From positions 56,155-120,154 of the forward strand of contig CAYRSB010000002.1 of assembly GCA_964426875.1 (NCBI GenBank): 64,000 nt of DNA. The letters are read 5' to 3'. The DNA is from an uncultured Atribacterota bacterium. GTDB lineage: Bacteria > Atribacterota > Atribacteria > Atribacterales > Caldatribacteriaceae. Position numbers and translations under genes: made by a program. Positions 1 through 10,012 of this stretch are shown one piece after another. Position 1 is the stretch's first letter. Every line of letters starts with the position of its first letter. The notes below the pieces were generated by a model, which saw only the letters and a list, made by a program, of their open reading frames with translations, did not search any database and was not told the origin of the DNA.

Positions 1-579
1 TACGCCGACAAGCTTGACGAATATCCGGTAGACCTTGTGTGGTGTGCTGAGGTTCCAGATGAAGAGAAAGTGGCTCTCCTCATTCAATCAAATGCCGCAG
101 AGCTCGGCATCAAGGTCAATGTCATTAAAACCCCCTGGATGAAGATCATTGAAGAAGTAGCCACTCCTGAAACTACCGCCCATATGTATCTCATTTTTGT
201 TTCACCGCACTACGCCGAGGCTGGCTCTATGCTTCAGTCCAAATACCACTCTTCTTCCTGTGGAACCTGGGAACAGACAGAATGGTTGCAGGATCCTGAA
301 CTCGATGCGATGATTGAAGATGCCATTGCTACCGTTGACAAAGAAGAGCGTTTTGCCAAGTATCGGAAGATTCAGGAGTACATCGTGAATCTCTGTCCCT
401 CACTCTTCCTTATCGACCAGCCTGAGAACTATGCTTACCAAGATTACTACGTCGACTGGACGGCAGCAGAGCGGGCGGAACGAGGTGAAAAAGTCAATCC
501 AGTTATGGGATACAACCACTACATGCCCGATATACGGATTTACCCTGAAAAGCGCGAGGAGTTGCTGAGAAAGGAATAG
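1..579 (+). CDS. ABC transporter substrate-binding protein, family 5 (peptide/oligosaccharide type), C-terminal part; 5' end lies outside the window
   Basis: Frame 1 is open from base 1 (YADKLDEYPVDLVW...). The C-terminal sequence is SBP family-5-like and is followed by DppB/C/D/F-type genes. Confidence 0.8.
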   Translation, partial: YADKLDEYPVDLVWCAEVPDEEKVALLIQSNAAELGIKVNVIKTPWMKIIEEVATPETTAHMYLIFVSPHYAEAGSMLQSKYHSSSCGTWEQTEWLQDPELDAMIEDAIATVDKEERFAKYRKIQEYIVNLCPSLFLIDQPENYAYQDYYVDWTAAERAERGEKVNPVMGYNHYMPDIRIYPEKREELLRKE

Positions 580-591
580 CAGGTATAATAG

Positions 592-627
592 GGGGAGGCC
601 CCGTAAAGGGGTCTCCCCATTCTTTTT
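592..627 (+). terminator. GC-rich hairpin plus T-run after the binding-protein gene (intra-operon attenuator/terminator)
   Basis: GGGGAGGCCCC / GGGGTCTCCCC forms an 11-bp stem (one G-U pair) with loop GTAAA, followed by ATTCTTTTT. Confidence 0.6.
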
Positions 628-646
628 CGAGGTTGGTGAAAGGGTA

Positions 647-1672
647 ATGAACTTTTCCCGGTATCTTGTGCGCCGATTGGGGTATTCTGTTTTTGTGCTT
701 TTGGGACTTTCCGTTGTTGTTTTCATTATTGCCCGCCTTGTTCCCGGTGATCCTGCCAGGGCTGCCTTAGGTCCCCGGGCTACGCAGGAAGCTGTGGAGG
801 CCCTGCGAGCAAGACTGCACCTTGACAAACCCCTCTATATCCAGTATTTCTTTTGGCTTAAGTCTGTCTTTCAAGGAGACTTTGGAGAGTCTCTCTATAC
901 CCGCCGTCCAGTGATTGAGGACATCGGTGAGTTCCTTCCGGCAACCTTAGAGCTCGCCCTTTTTGCCGGATTTTTCATGGCCCTTTTTGGGCTTCTTTTG
1001 GGAGTCCTCTCAGCCCGGTATGCCAACACCTGGGTGGATAACTTGGTGCGGATCTTTGCCTACCTCGGCATTGCTACCCCAGCCTTTGTGGTGGCCATTA
1101 TTCTCATCCTGCTTTTTGGGATGTACTACGAGGTTTTCCCCACCATCGGGCGCTTGAGCTCAGGGGTGAGTGCACCTCCCCGTCTGACCGGCCTTATAAC
1201 CCTCGACAGTCTCTTTACCGGCAACTGGGGTGCCTTTTTCGATGCACTCAAGCATCTCTTTCTCCCTGCTTTGAGTCTTTCTCTTGGTGGTCTTTTTCAG
1301 GAAGCCCGTATCACCCGTTCCAGTATGCTTGGGAATGCCAAAAGAGACTTTGTGGCTGCCGCCCGAGCCTATGGGGTTCCAGAAAGAGTTGTGATAGCGA
1401 AGTATCTCTTTAAGCCCTCTATTATTCCTACCGTTTCCATTTTGGGTCTTGACTTTGCTGCACTCATTGGGAACGCCTTTTTAGTAGAGCTCCTCTTCAA
1501 CTGGCCGGGACTTTCTCGCTACGGCATCAATGTTATGCTTCGCAAGGACATTGAAGCCATTGTGGCAGTGGTCATGGTCCTTGGAGTGGTCTTTACCGTA
1601 GTCAACATCATCGTCGACCTTGTTGTGGCGTATCTTGACCCAAGAATTCGTCTTGTAGAGAGGGGCGAGTGA
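647..1672 (+). CDS. ABC transporter permease, DppB/OppB type
   Basis: 341 aa, multi-TM. Typical N-terminus (RYLVRRLGYSVFVLLGLSVVVFIIARLVPGDP) and a C-terminal DPRIR motif. Confidence 0.9.
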   Translation: MNFSRYLVRRLGYSVFVLLGLSVVVFIIARLVPGDPARAALGPRATQEAVEALRARLHLDKPLYIQYFFWLKSVFQGDFGESLYTRRPVIEDIGEFLPATLELALFAGFFMALFGLLLGVLSARYANTWVDNLVRIFAYLGIATPAFVVAIILILLFGMYYEVFPTIGRLSSGVSAPPRLTGLITLDSLFTGNWGAFFDALKHLFLPALSLSLGGLFQEARITRSSMLGNAKRDFVAAARAYGVPERVVIAKYLFKPSIIPTVSILGLDFAALIGNAFLVELLFNWPGLSRYGINVMLRKDIEAIVAVVMVLGVVFTVVNIIVDLVVAYLDPRIRLVERGE

Positions 1673-1673
1673 G

Positions 1674-2528
1674 ATGCGACGGACAAAGATAGGCCGATGG
1701 TGGTATAAATTTTCCCGAAACCCTCTCTCAGTAGTGGGACTTGTTATTGTCATTATGGTGGTCTTTTGTGCCGTTTTTGCCCCCTGGGTAGCACCGTACC
1801 CTGACCATGCCGGGCCTTATGTAAATTACGGTGAGGCTAATCGTCCTCCTTCGCTTTCTCATCTTTTTGGAACGGATGTTTTCGGTCGAGATGTCTTGAG
1901 TCGGGTTATCTTTGCCCTTCGTTCCTCTCTTCTCATGGGGGCTGTGGTTTTGGCCATTGTGGTTCCGGTGGGAGTGACTCTGGGGCTTCTGGCCGGATAC
2001 TTCAAGGAGTCTTGGATTGATATCCTCATTATGCGTATTACTGACATTTTTCTCTCCGTTCCTCCTCTTATTTTGGCTTTAGCCATCACTTCTGTTCTCA
2101 AGCCCAACCTTACCAATGCCATGATTGCTGTATCTGTCATGTGGTGGCCTTGGTATACTCGCCTTGTCTATGGCATGGCTACATCTTTACGCAACGAATA
2201 CTTTGTACAGTCGGCAGAACTCATCGGAGCAAGCAAACCTCATATCCTTTTTCGGGAAATCTTGCCGAACTGTGTCTCCACCGTTCTCACTAAAATGACC
2301 CTGGATATGGGATGGGTAATCTTAATCGGCGCAGCCCTGAGTTTTGTAGGGCTTGGGGAACAACCCCCCAAGCCTGCTTTGGGGACCATGGTGGCTGATG
2401 GGGCAAAGTATCTCCCTGAATATTGGTGGATTTCTGTTTTTCCCGGGCTGGCTATCATGCTCATTGTCCTTGGTTTCAACCTTCTGGGTGACGGCATAGG
2501 AGACCTCTTCTCTCTGGAGGAAGCGTGA
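1674..2528 (+). CDS. ABC transporter permease, DppC/OppC type
   Basis: 284 aa. HLFGTDVFGRDVLSRV motif and an EAA-like loop; 1-nt gap from the upstream permease. Confidence 0.9.
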   Translation: MRRTKIGRWWYKFSRNPLSVVGLVIVIMVVFCAVFAPWVAPYPDHAGPYVNYGEANRPPSLSHLFGTDVFGRDVLSRVIFALRSSLLMGAVVLAIVVPVGVTLGLLAGYFKESWIDILIMRITDIFLSVPPLILALAITSVLKPNLTNAMIAVSVMWWPWYTRLVYGMATSLRNEYFVQSAELIGASKPHILFREILPNCVSTVLTKMTLDMGWVILIGAALSFVGLGEQPPKPALGTMVADGAKYLPEYWWISVFPGLAIMLIVLGFNLLGDGIGDLFSLEEA

Positions 2529-3514
2529 TAATGCAGAACGTGCTCTTAGACATTCAGGACCTTGTGGTGCACTTTCGGGTGTATGGAGGATATCTTAAGG
2601 TTCTTGATGGAGTACAGCTTCGGGTTCATCAACAGGAAAAAGTGGGCTTAGTCGGTGAAACGGGTTGTGGTAAGACGACCACCATGAAGACCATCATGGG
2701 CATTCTCCCTCAGCCCCCTGGGGTTATCAAAGGAGGAAAGATACTCTTTCGGGGGAAAGATGTTCTTTCCATGAAACCTTACGAGCTTGAAGATTTGCGC
2801 CGTCGTAGTATTTCTATGATCTTTCAAGACCCTACGGCGGCTCTCAACCCCGTCTTCACTGTGGGAGAGCAACTTAAAGATGCTGTTCGATATGCCCTGG
2901 GGAAAAGAGATCACGGTTCTCTTGAAGAAGTAGCCCTTTCGGCTCTTCATGCTGTAGCGCTTCCAGATCCTCTCCGCATTCTTGAGAGTTACCCCATACA
3001 GCTTTCGGGAGGCATGCGCCAGCGGGTGTGTATTGCCCTGGCTCTGGCCTGTCCTAAGGAACTTCTCATTGCTGATGAGCCTGGAACCTCTCTTGACGTG
3101 ACTATTCAGGACCAGATTCTGCGCCTCATCCATCGTCTGGCAGAAGAACGCAGAATGGCTGTCATTCTCATTTCCCATTCTCTGGGGGTCATACGAGAGT
3201 GGACGGAGAGAGTGTATGTGATGTACGCTGGGACAATTGTAGAGGAAGCTAAAACCGAAGAGCTCTTTTTCCATCCTCTTCATCCTTATACCAAAGCCTT
3301 GATGGATTGTGTTCCCAAACTCACCGGAGAGGGCATAGCTGAAGGTATCCCTGGAAGGATTCCTGATTACTTTGACCCTCCTTCGGGTTGTCGTTTTCAC
3401 CCCCGCTGTACCTATCGCATGGAGGTCTGTGAGCTGGAAAGGCCCCGACTTTTTGAAGTGGAGAGTGGGCATCGGGTGGCCTGCTTTCTTTTTGGGAGGA
3501 AAAGGGATGAGTGA
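2525..3514 (+). CDS. ABC transporter ATP-binding protein, DppD/OppD type
   Basis: Walker A GETGCGKT, signature LSGGMRQR, Walker [13 protein letters not shown], and a C-terminal oligopeptide-type Cys motif ([11 protein letters not shown]). Confidence 0.92.
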   Translation: MIMQNVLLDIQDLVVHFRVYGGYLKVLDGVQLRVHQQEKVGLVGETGCGKTTTMKTIMGILPQPPGVIKGGKILFRGKDVLSMKPYELEDLRRRSISMIFQDPTAALNPVFTVGEQLKDAVRYALGKRDHGSLEEVALSALHAVALPDPLRILESYPIQLSGGMRQRVCIALALACPKELLIADEPGTSLDVTIQDQILRLIHRLAEERRMAVILISHSLGVIREWTERVYVMYAGTIVEEAKTEELFFHPLHPYTKALMDCVPKLTGEGIAEGIPGRIPDYFDPPSGCRFHPRCTYRMEVCELERPRLFEVESGHRVACFLFGRKRDE

Positions 3515-4463
3515 ACTCCTTCGTGTTGAGAATTTGCGAAAGTTCTTTGTCACATCCCGGGGAACGGTGAAAGCAGTGCAGGATGTGAGCTTTGTCATTC
3601 ATCCTGGAGAAACCTTTGGGTTAGTGGGAGAATCAGGCTCGGGGAAGAGTACTGTAGCCTACATGGTCATGGGGATGTATCGGCCGAGCGGTGGTCGTAT
3701 TCTTTTTAAGGGAAGAGATATCACCGTGCCTCATTCTCGCCGTCCTCTCTTTCTCAAGAAAGACCTGCAGATTGTCTTTCAGGATCCCGGCTCTTCCTTG
3801 AACCCTCGGCGTTCGGTCCAGGAAATCCTGGAACTTCCGCTTCTCGTACACCATATGGTTGACAAAAGGAGGGTTAAAGAGAAAACGGAGGAGCTCTTGA
3901 GTATGGTGGAACTTCCTCCCGATTACGCCGAAAAATACCCCCGTGCCCTTGGGGGAGGGGAGAAACAGATGGTAGCCATCGCTCGGGCCCTGAGTACCGA
4001 GCCATCCCTTCTTGTCCTTGACGAACCTACCTCGGCACTCGATGTTTCCATCCAGGCCAAAATCATCAATACTCTGGTACGGATCCAGAAAGAGCGTCGC
4101 CTGGGTTATCTTTTCATCACCCACGATCTGAGCCTTATGCGAAACATCGCCCATCGGGTGGCCATCATGTATCTGGGGAGAATCATGGAGCTTGCCCTGT
4201 CTCAAGTTTTCTTTGAACGACCTCTTCACCCTTATACCCAGATGCTTCTTTCTTCCATTCCTGTCGTTTCTGAGGAGGAAGAAAAGCTTAAACCGGGGAA
4301 GATCGTTTCTACTGGGGAAATCCCAAGCCCTGTTAATCTCCCTCCAGGCTGCTCCTTTCATCCTCGCTGTCACAGAGCGCAAGGTGTGTGCCGGGAAAAG
4401 GAGCCAGAGATGGTTGAGGTGGAAAAAGACCACTTTGTGCGTTGTCTTCTCTATGCTGGGTAG
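3507..4463 (+). CDS. ABC transporter ATP-binding protein, DppF/OppF type
   Basis: The ORF track starts at 3372, but ATG 3507 ([14 protein letters not shown]) overlaps the upstream stop (ATGAGTGA) and gives the normal N-terminus. Walker A GESGSGKS; Walker B LLVLDEPTSALD. Confidence 0.9.
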   Translation: MSELLRVENLRKFFVTSRGTVKAVQDVSFVIHPGETFGLVGESGSGKSTVAYMVMGMYRPSGGRILFKGRDITVPHSRRPLFLKKDLQIVFQDPGSSLNPRRSVQEILELPLLVHHMVDKRRVKEKTEELLSMVELPPDYAEKYPRALGGGEKQMVAIARALSTEPSLLVLDEPTSALDVSIQAKIINTLVRIQKERRLGYLFITHDLSLMRNIAHRVAIMYLGRIMELALSQVFFERPLHPYTQMLLSSIPVVSEEEEKLKPGKIVSTGEIPSPVNLPPGCSFHPRCHRAQGVCREKEPEMVEVEKDHFVRCLLYAG

Positions 4464-4477
4464 AGTAGGAGGAAGTT

Positions 4478-5041
4478 GTGGAACAAATCCTCTTTGTTAT
4501 CCTCTTTTGCACGTGGGGAAGTATGGATTTCTACCTCTTTTTTCTCCGCCGCCCGAAGGAGCACATCTTTTTGGTTGAAAGGCGAAGTAAGTATGTGCTC
4601 CTTATCTTTGTCCTCTTTGGCCTTTTGGGGGGATTTGCCGTTGTACCAGGAACTGTGGAAGCTTTTCGAGAGCCCTTTTCTTCCTCCCGCTACCTTGCTT
4701 TCCTCTTCATGCCTTTGGGGATTGCCTTGCGAATAGTAGCAGTGCGCCAGCTGGGTCCTTGTTTCTCTATAGATTTGGGATTGAATCGGGAGGCGAGGCT
4801 CTATACTGGAGGCCTGTATTCCATTGTTCGTCATCCTTCCTACCTGGGAGAAATTCTTTTCTGCAGCGGCGTGGCCCTTGCCTTGCATCACCCTGTGGCA
4901 TCACTGCTTGCCTTTTTTCTGCCCCTTTTGGCTTTTCTCTACCGTGTCCGTCTGGAGGAGAAAATACTCCTTAAGATGCTAAAGGACGAGTACCTTCATT
5001 ACCTCAAAAGGACCTATTGCCTGGTTCCCTATCTCTACTGA
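4478..5041 (+). CDS. isoprenylcysteine carboxyl methyltransferase (ICMT)/phospholipid methyltransferase family membrane protein
   Basis: GTG start after AGGAGGA. Motif LYTGGLYSIVRHPSYLGEILF...RVRLEEKILL is typical of the ICMT family. Confidence 0.75.
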   Translation: MEQILFVILFCTWGSMDFYLFFLRRPKEHIFLVERRSKYVLLIFVLFGLLGGFAVVPGTVEAFREPFSSSRYLAFLFMPLGIALRIVAVRQLGPCFSIDLGLNREARLYTGGLYSIVRHPSYLGEILFCSGVALALHHPVASLLAFFLPLLAFLYRVRLEEKILLKMLKDEYLHYLKRTYCLVPYLY

Positions 5042-5213
5042 GGGAGATTGTCGGAAAATTTTTCGCAGCTTGCGCAAAAGAGAATCTCCTTTCGAGTACC
5101 GGTACGTGGTGGTTGGCTTTGGGGGGTCTTCCTCCACCTGGTTCATTCCTTGTTGCTCCTTTTTGGAAAGCGGAAGGATTGGGAGAGGTGAGAGTAAGAA
5201 GGTCTCATCGTTG

Positions 5214-5222
5214 TGCTATAAT
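5214..5222 (+). promoter_or_regulatory. extended -10 promoter element (TGcTATAAT)
   Basis: TGCTATAAT lies 23 nt upstream of ATG 5245. Confidence 0.4.
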
Positions 5223-5244
5223 ATTTCTGTGAACACCTGTAACT

Positions 5245-5544
5245 ATGATGCCCAGAAAGCGGCCAACCGTTAGGGATATCGCTTTGATTTCCGGGTCTTT
5301 CCTTGGTACGGGGAATAGAGTAATCAATGGGAGAGCAAAGATTCGTTCTCAAGCCTGGGAGAAGATCCTGGCTATCGCGAAAAACGTGGGATATAAACCC
5401 AATCGAGTGGCCGGCGTCCTAACTCGAAAAGCCCCCGTTTTTGCCGTTGTTTTTCCCGGGAACCCCACTGCTTCCGAAAGATGTTCAAAGAGGAAAACCA
5501 GCGCGACAGCCCAACTTAGAGATTTATGGGATTGTCTTCGGTGA
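5245..5544 (+). pseudogene. LacI-family regulator remnant (HTH domain only)
   Basis: RPTVRDIALISG..LGTGNRVINGR...KILAIAKNVGYKPNRVAG matches a LacI HTH. The reading frame degenerates about 15 aa into the sugar-binding core, and only about 60 nt remain before the next gene. Confidence 0.65.
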
Positions 5545-5617
5545 AGGAAGTGAAAGGCTTTGGAAGAGGGGAATAGTATGAAGCAAACGCAAAGAACCAT
5601 TTAAGGAGGTGGAGGGA

Positions 5618-7515
5618 ATGAAGGGGAAAGTTGTAGTTTTGACGGTTTTGGGGTGTGTATTCCTTTGGATAGCTTCTGCCCTGGCTCAACTTCCTGCAGG
5701 AATACCTCGTGAAGAGACTCTCATATGTGCACAACTTACCGGACGGGTGGGTACTCCTACAAACTTTAACGAATGGGCGGGATGGCGATGGCAAGATCGA
5801 GGAACCCAGCAACTAGTTCATGAGCCTCTCTGGACGGTCGATTATGCCACTGGTCAAATTATTCCTGGCTTAGCTGCAAAGCTTCCTCAATATAATGAGG
5901 ATTTTACTCAAATGACGATCTTTTTGCGTCAAGGGATAGTGTGGAATGATGGAGTACCTTTTACTGCCGATGACGTAGTCTATACCATTGGCCTCCATAT
6001 GCGTGTTCCCGAACTTCTGTATCATGGACCGATTTCAGAATTCGTGGAAGAGGTAGAGAAGGTCGACGATTATACCGTGGTGGTGCATCTTAAAAAACCT
6101 AACTCTCGTTTTCACACTAATTTTCTGGACCGTTGGGGATGTTTGCGCATCTGCCCAAACATGTCTTTGAAAAGGTGGGAGATCCGATAACTTTTGAGTT
6201 CAATCCTCCTGTGGGTTGTGGACCGTATGTCCTTTCGGATTACGATCCAGCTGGTTTCTGGACATTGTGGGAACGAAGGGAAGAGTGGGATAAAACTCCC
6301 ACGGGGATACTCTACGGTAGGCCCCAACCGAGGTATGTGCTATTTCGAGCTTTTGAATCGGAAGAGGCTAAGGTTTTGGCGCAGCTTCGCCATGAATTGG
6401 ATGCTACTGACTATACCTTGGAAGCGTTACGGGCGGTGCTGGATAAAGGGGAAACAGTTCGGGCCTGGAAAAGGGAATGGCCCTGGGTAGAGTATCTCCA
6501 TCCTTGCATTACTGGAATAGTTTTCAACAACGCTGTTGCTCCTTATAATCTCAAGGAAGTTCGCTGGGCTTTGCTTTTAGCCATCGATATTGCCGAGTAC
6601 ATGTCTGTGGCCAACGATCTTATCGGTGCAGTAAGTCCTATTCACCTTCCCTGGGTACGTGCATATATGGAACCGCTTTTTAAGCCTATGGAGGAATGGC
6701 TGACTGATCTCACCATCGACTTAGGTAACGGCGAAACGTTCAAACCTTATGATGCAGAAGTTCCCCTAAAGCTTGCTCAGGCAGCGAAACAGAGGGGATA
6801 TCCGGTACCGGAGGATCCCCAGGTTATTCGAGAGATATTTGGCATGGGTTGGTGGAAACACGCACCCGAAGCAGCAGAGAAACTCCTTATGGAAAATGGT
6901 TTCCGGCGAGATGCCAGTGGGAAATGGCTCCTTCCCGATGGTTCTCCTTGGAAGATCAACGTTACTGCTGCTGTGAATCCCTCTCATCCTCCTTACAGAA
7001 ACGCCGTGGCTGTAGCGGAACAATGGAGGAAATTCGGTATCGATGTCGTTGTAACCCCTACTGAAGCGTTTGAGAGTATGGTCATGTTGGGGCAGTTTGA
7101 AGTGTGTACAACCTGGCCCTCCCGAGAGCCCTGGGGTGTGGGGATGGATCTTTACCGAACCTTTATGTTGTGGCATTCTAAATTGTTTGCTCCTATAGGT
7201 CAGTCTGTGACGGCTGCGCCTGGTGCCTCTGCACGATGGTATGATCTCCGCCTGGACAAGCTCATAGAGCAAATGGAGCAGGTCAATCCGTTTGCCGAAG
7301 AAACCCTTCGTCTTCTCAACATTGAAGCCTTAAAGATTGTAGTTGAAGAAATGCCCACTATTCCCACTTTTACTTATCCATCGGCGTTGGCGTGGGATGA
7401 ATACTATTGGACCAACTGGCCAGGAGCAGAAAACCCCTATTCGCAACCCTTTCATCATTGGCCTAACTTTAAGTACATGTTACCCTTCTTGAAATCGGCA
7501 AAATTGTTGTGTTAG
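5618..7515 (+). pseudogene. ABC substrate-binding protein, family 5, interrupted by a frameshift at 6121-6136
   Basis: ORFs 5609-6190 (frame 2) and 6133-7515 (frame 1) are the N- and C-terminal parts of one SBP (signal peptide MKGKVVVLTVLGCVFLWIASALA; ...HTNFLDR | LGMFAHLPKHVFEKVGDP...PVGCGPY). Frame 1 is closed by stops up to 6120, so the shift lies within TTTTCTGGACCGTTGG. Confidence 0.8.
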
Positions 7516-7724
7516 TGTAAGTTTGTAGTAGGGATTTTGAATGGTATTCTGAGAGGGGGTGGTTGATGCTGCTTTTTTCAGGATCCGTATCGTCGGGAGT
7601 TTGGGGCGAAAGCGGTACTTTTTCGATTCCTGGTAGAAGGAGTGGTTCTTCCTTCCCATTTTTACTCCGGACCGGTGATGGTAGTGTGGAGTAGAATGAA
7701 ATTTTACTATTCGGAGGAGAGAAG

Positions 7725-9062
7725 ATGAAGAGGTGGGTTTTCGCTGGGTCTTTGATTGCGTTGCTTGTGCTCGGTCTTTCCGTGACCTTTGCCGTGGATT
7801 TGACCGTGTGGTCCTCTCCGGACAACGCTGATGCTTTGTATGAACTCGCCCAGAACTTCATGCAGAAGAATCCAGATGTGAAAATTGAAATCACTCCCCT
7901 TTCTTGGGAGGTACTCTACCCGAGGATTCTCCAGGATCTCACCAGTGGTGCAGGGTCTTTTGACGTGACTACCTGGGATCTCATGACTGCTGGAGCCATT
8001 GCCCCCGGAATGCTCGACCTTGAGGCTTTTGCCAAGGAACATCCTGAGCTTGTGGATCCCAACTTTGATGACGAGGACTTTATCCCTACGGCAAAGTACG
8101 TCTACGGATACTGGAAGGATAAGCGCATAGGGTATCCCTTCTATGGAGCAGCGATGTTCTTCTTCTATCGCAAGGATCTCTTCAATAACCCTGCACTTCA
8201 GGAGAAGTTTAAAGCCCAGTATGGAAGGGATCTCGGGGTACCGAAGACTTGGCAAGAAGCTAAGGAGGTAGCTAAATTCTTCACCAAGAAATCCCATCCC
8301 GATTCTCCTACTGAATACGGCATCGCCCTCATGTTCCCCCGTACCCATACCCTCTTTTACATGTATCTCAACTTTTTCGGACCCTATCGGAGGAGTTCAG
8401 AAGGAATCGCCAAGTTTGGAAAGGTTGACCTTGACTGGGGTGATTACTTTACGGCTCAGGGGGAACCGGCCTTCAACTCTGAAGAAGGTGTGAAAGCGCT
8501 GCAGGATATGATCGATCTCATGCAGTACGCTCCAGACCCCTTGGGCTCAGACTATGGAGAAACGCTTGAAGCTTTTGGGAAGGGTATGGTAGCTATGGTA
8601 CCCCAGTGGACGGCTTGTCTGGCAAGCTGGAAGGAATCTCCCAACCTTCAACCCTTCGAGGAAAAAGTGGGTGTAGCAGTCATGCCTGGCGGGACGCCGG
8701 TGAGTGGAGGATGGGGCCTGGGTATCAATGCTGCCTCCAAGAACAAAGAAGCAGCTTTCCGTTTTATCCAGTATGCTACGAGCAAAGAGGGTGACAAAAT
8801 CCAATGGCTCAAATACCGGATCGGGCCGACCCGAAAATCTGTCGTTGAAGACCCTGAGGTTATTAGTGATTCTCCATGGCTCAAAGAGGCCTATGTTCCC
8901 TCCCTTGATGGTGCGTCGCATCGGCCTCGCATTCCCGAGGAACCTCGCCTTGAAGATATTCTGGTGGGGACCCTCTCTGAGGTTCTCTTAGGCCAGCAGC
9001 CAAATACCTTGGAAACCCTTGAGACGGTGGCCAAGGAGTGGAGAAAGGTCCTGGGGAAGTAA
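7725..9062 (+). CDS. sugar ABC transporter substrate-binding protein (family 1, CUT1 type)
   Basis: 445 aa with a signal peptide, an SBP family-1-like sequence and a GGAGGAG RBS. Confidence 0.85.
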   Translation: MKRWVFAGSLIALLVLGLSVTFAVDLTVWSSPDNADALYELAQNFMQKNPDVKIEITPLSWEVLYPRILQDLTSGAGSFDVTTWDLMTAGAIAPGMLDLEAFAKEHPELVDPNFDDEDFIPTAKYVYGYWKDKRIGYPFYGAAMFFFYRKDLFNNPALQEKFKAQYGRDLGVPKTWQEAKEVAKFFTKKSHPDSPTEYGIALMFPRTHTLFYMYLNFFGPYRRSSEGIAKFGKVDLDWGDYFTAQGEPAFNSEEGVKALQDMIDLMQYAPDPLGSDYGETLEAFGKGMVAMVPQWTACLASWKESPNLQPFEEKVGVAVMPGGTPVSGGWGLGINAASKNKEAAFRFIQYATSKEGDKIQWLKYRIGPTRKSVVEDPEVISDSPWLKEAYVPSLDGASHRPRIPEEPRLEDILVGTLSEVLLGQQPNTLETLETVAKEWRKVLGK

Positions 9063-9074
9063 GGTTTTGCAAAG

Positions 9075-9095
9075 AGGGGGGCCTTGTGCCCCCCT
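9075..9095 (+). terminator. GC hairpin after the binding-protein gene (weak or no U-tract)
   Basis: AGGGGGGC cttgt GCCCCCCT, an 8-bp stem 13 nt after the stop. Confidence 0.4.
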
Positions 9096-9115
9096 TCACG
9101 GGGGCTTAGGATAGT

Positions 9116-10000
9116 ATGAAGGTAAAAAGGCGCTTTAGAACTGCTGGCTTTGTTATGCTCATCCCTCTTCTTTGTGTGCTTTTGGGGCTTACTCTGTATC
9201 CTTTCGGATACATGGTGTATATGTCCTTCTTCCGGTATTCTTTAGCTTCCTGGGAAAAACCCCAGTTCATTGGTCTTGGGAATTATCGGGATATCTTGAG
9301 CGATCGGACAGCTGCCTCAAGTGTCGACTTTACCCTCCTCCTTCTTGCTGTAGCCGTTCCCCTTGAAATTGTTTTGGGGCTGCTCATTGCCTTCCTTCTT
9401 CGGGATACTTTTGGGGAAAGGATTTTTCGGGGCGCCATCCTCACCCCTATGATGGTCCCGGCAGTTGTAGCCGGTATTGCCTGGAAAATGCTTTATAACT
9501 TTGAGTTCGGTCCGGTGAATTACTTTCTTTCCCTTTTGGGCTTCTCCAAAGTTTCCTGGCTGGGAACCCAGTTTTTCTCCCGTCTTGGAGTAATCCTTAT
9601 CGACGTGTGGCAGTGGACTCCCTTCGTGTTTTTAGTGCTCTATGCTGGACTTCAGTCCATTCCCCGGGATGTGGTAGAGGCGGGCCTTGTCGATGGGGCG
9701 AGTGGTTTTTCCACTATGCGCTACATTGAGCTTCCCCTCCTGCGCCCTCTTCTTTTTGTGGTCCTCATCATCCGGGTGATCGATGCCCTCAAAATCTTTG
9801 ACATTGTGTACATGGTGACTTTTGGGGGACCGGGATCGAGTACCCATTCCTACAGCTTTTACATTTACAAGGTAGGGGTTTCCTTTGGCTGGGATGTGGG
9901 ATATGCTTCGGCTTTGAGCGTTTTTCTTCTCGTGGCGGTAGCTCTTTTAACGAACCTTCTTATCCGTATGCTCCGCTTAAAGGAAATCTTTGAGCTTTGA
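9116..10000 (+). CDS. sugar ABC transporter permease (MalF/UgpA-like)
   Basis: 294 aa with 6 predicted TM segments and an EAA loop (EAGLVDGASGFSTMRYIELPLLRP). Confidence 0.9.
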   Translation: MKVKRRFRTAGFVMLIPLLCVLLGLTLYPFGYMVYMSFFRYSLASWEKPQFIGLGNYRDILSDRTAASSVDFTLLLLAVAVPLEIVLGLLIAFLLRDTFGERIFRGAILTPMMVPAVVAGIAWKMLYNFEFGPVNYFLSLLGFSKVSWLGTQFFSRLGVILIDVWQWTPFVFLVLYAGLQSIPRDVVEAGLVDGASGFSTMRYIELPLLRPLLFVVLIIRVIDALKIFDIVYMVTFGGPGSSTHSYSFYIYKVGVSFGWDVGYASALSVFLLVAVALLTNLLIRMLRLKEIFEL

Positions 10001-10012
10001 GGGAGGAGTCCT

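Noticed and set aside
3372-3506. Upstream extension of the second ATPase gene as given in the ORF track. The same issue applies to the extensions at 12625, 18086, 33968, 36591, 43463, 47864, 58675, 59838, 61341 and 63120.
   Set aside because: The extensions overlap the preceding gene or lack family-like sequence. Internal ATG/GTG codons with Shine-Dalgarno motifs give canonical N-termini or signal peptides.
6133-7515. The TTG-initiated 460-aa ORF as an independent gene.
   Set aside because: Its first residues continue the upstream SBP ORF (..HTNFLDR | LGMFAHLPKHVFE..), and it lacks its own signal peptide and RBS. It was treated as the 3' part of a frameshifted gene.
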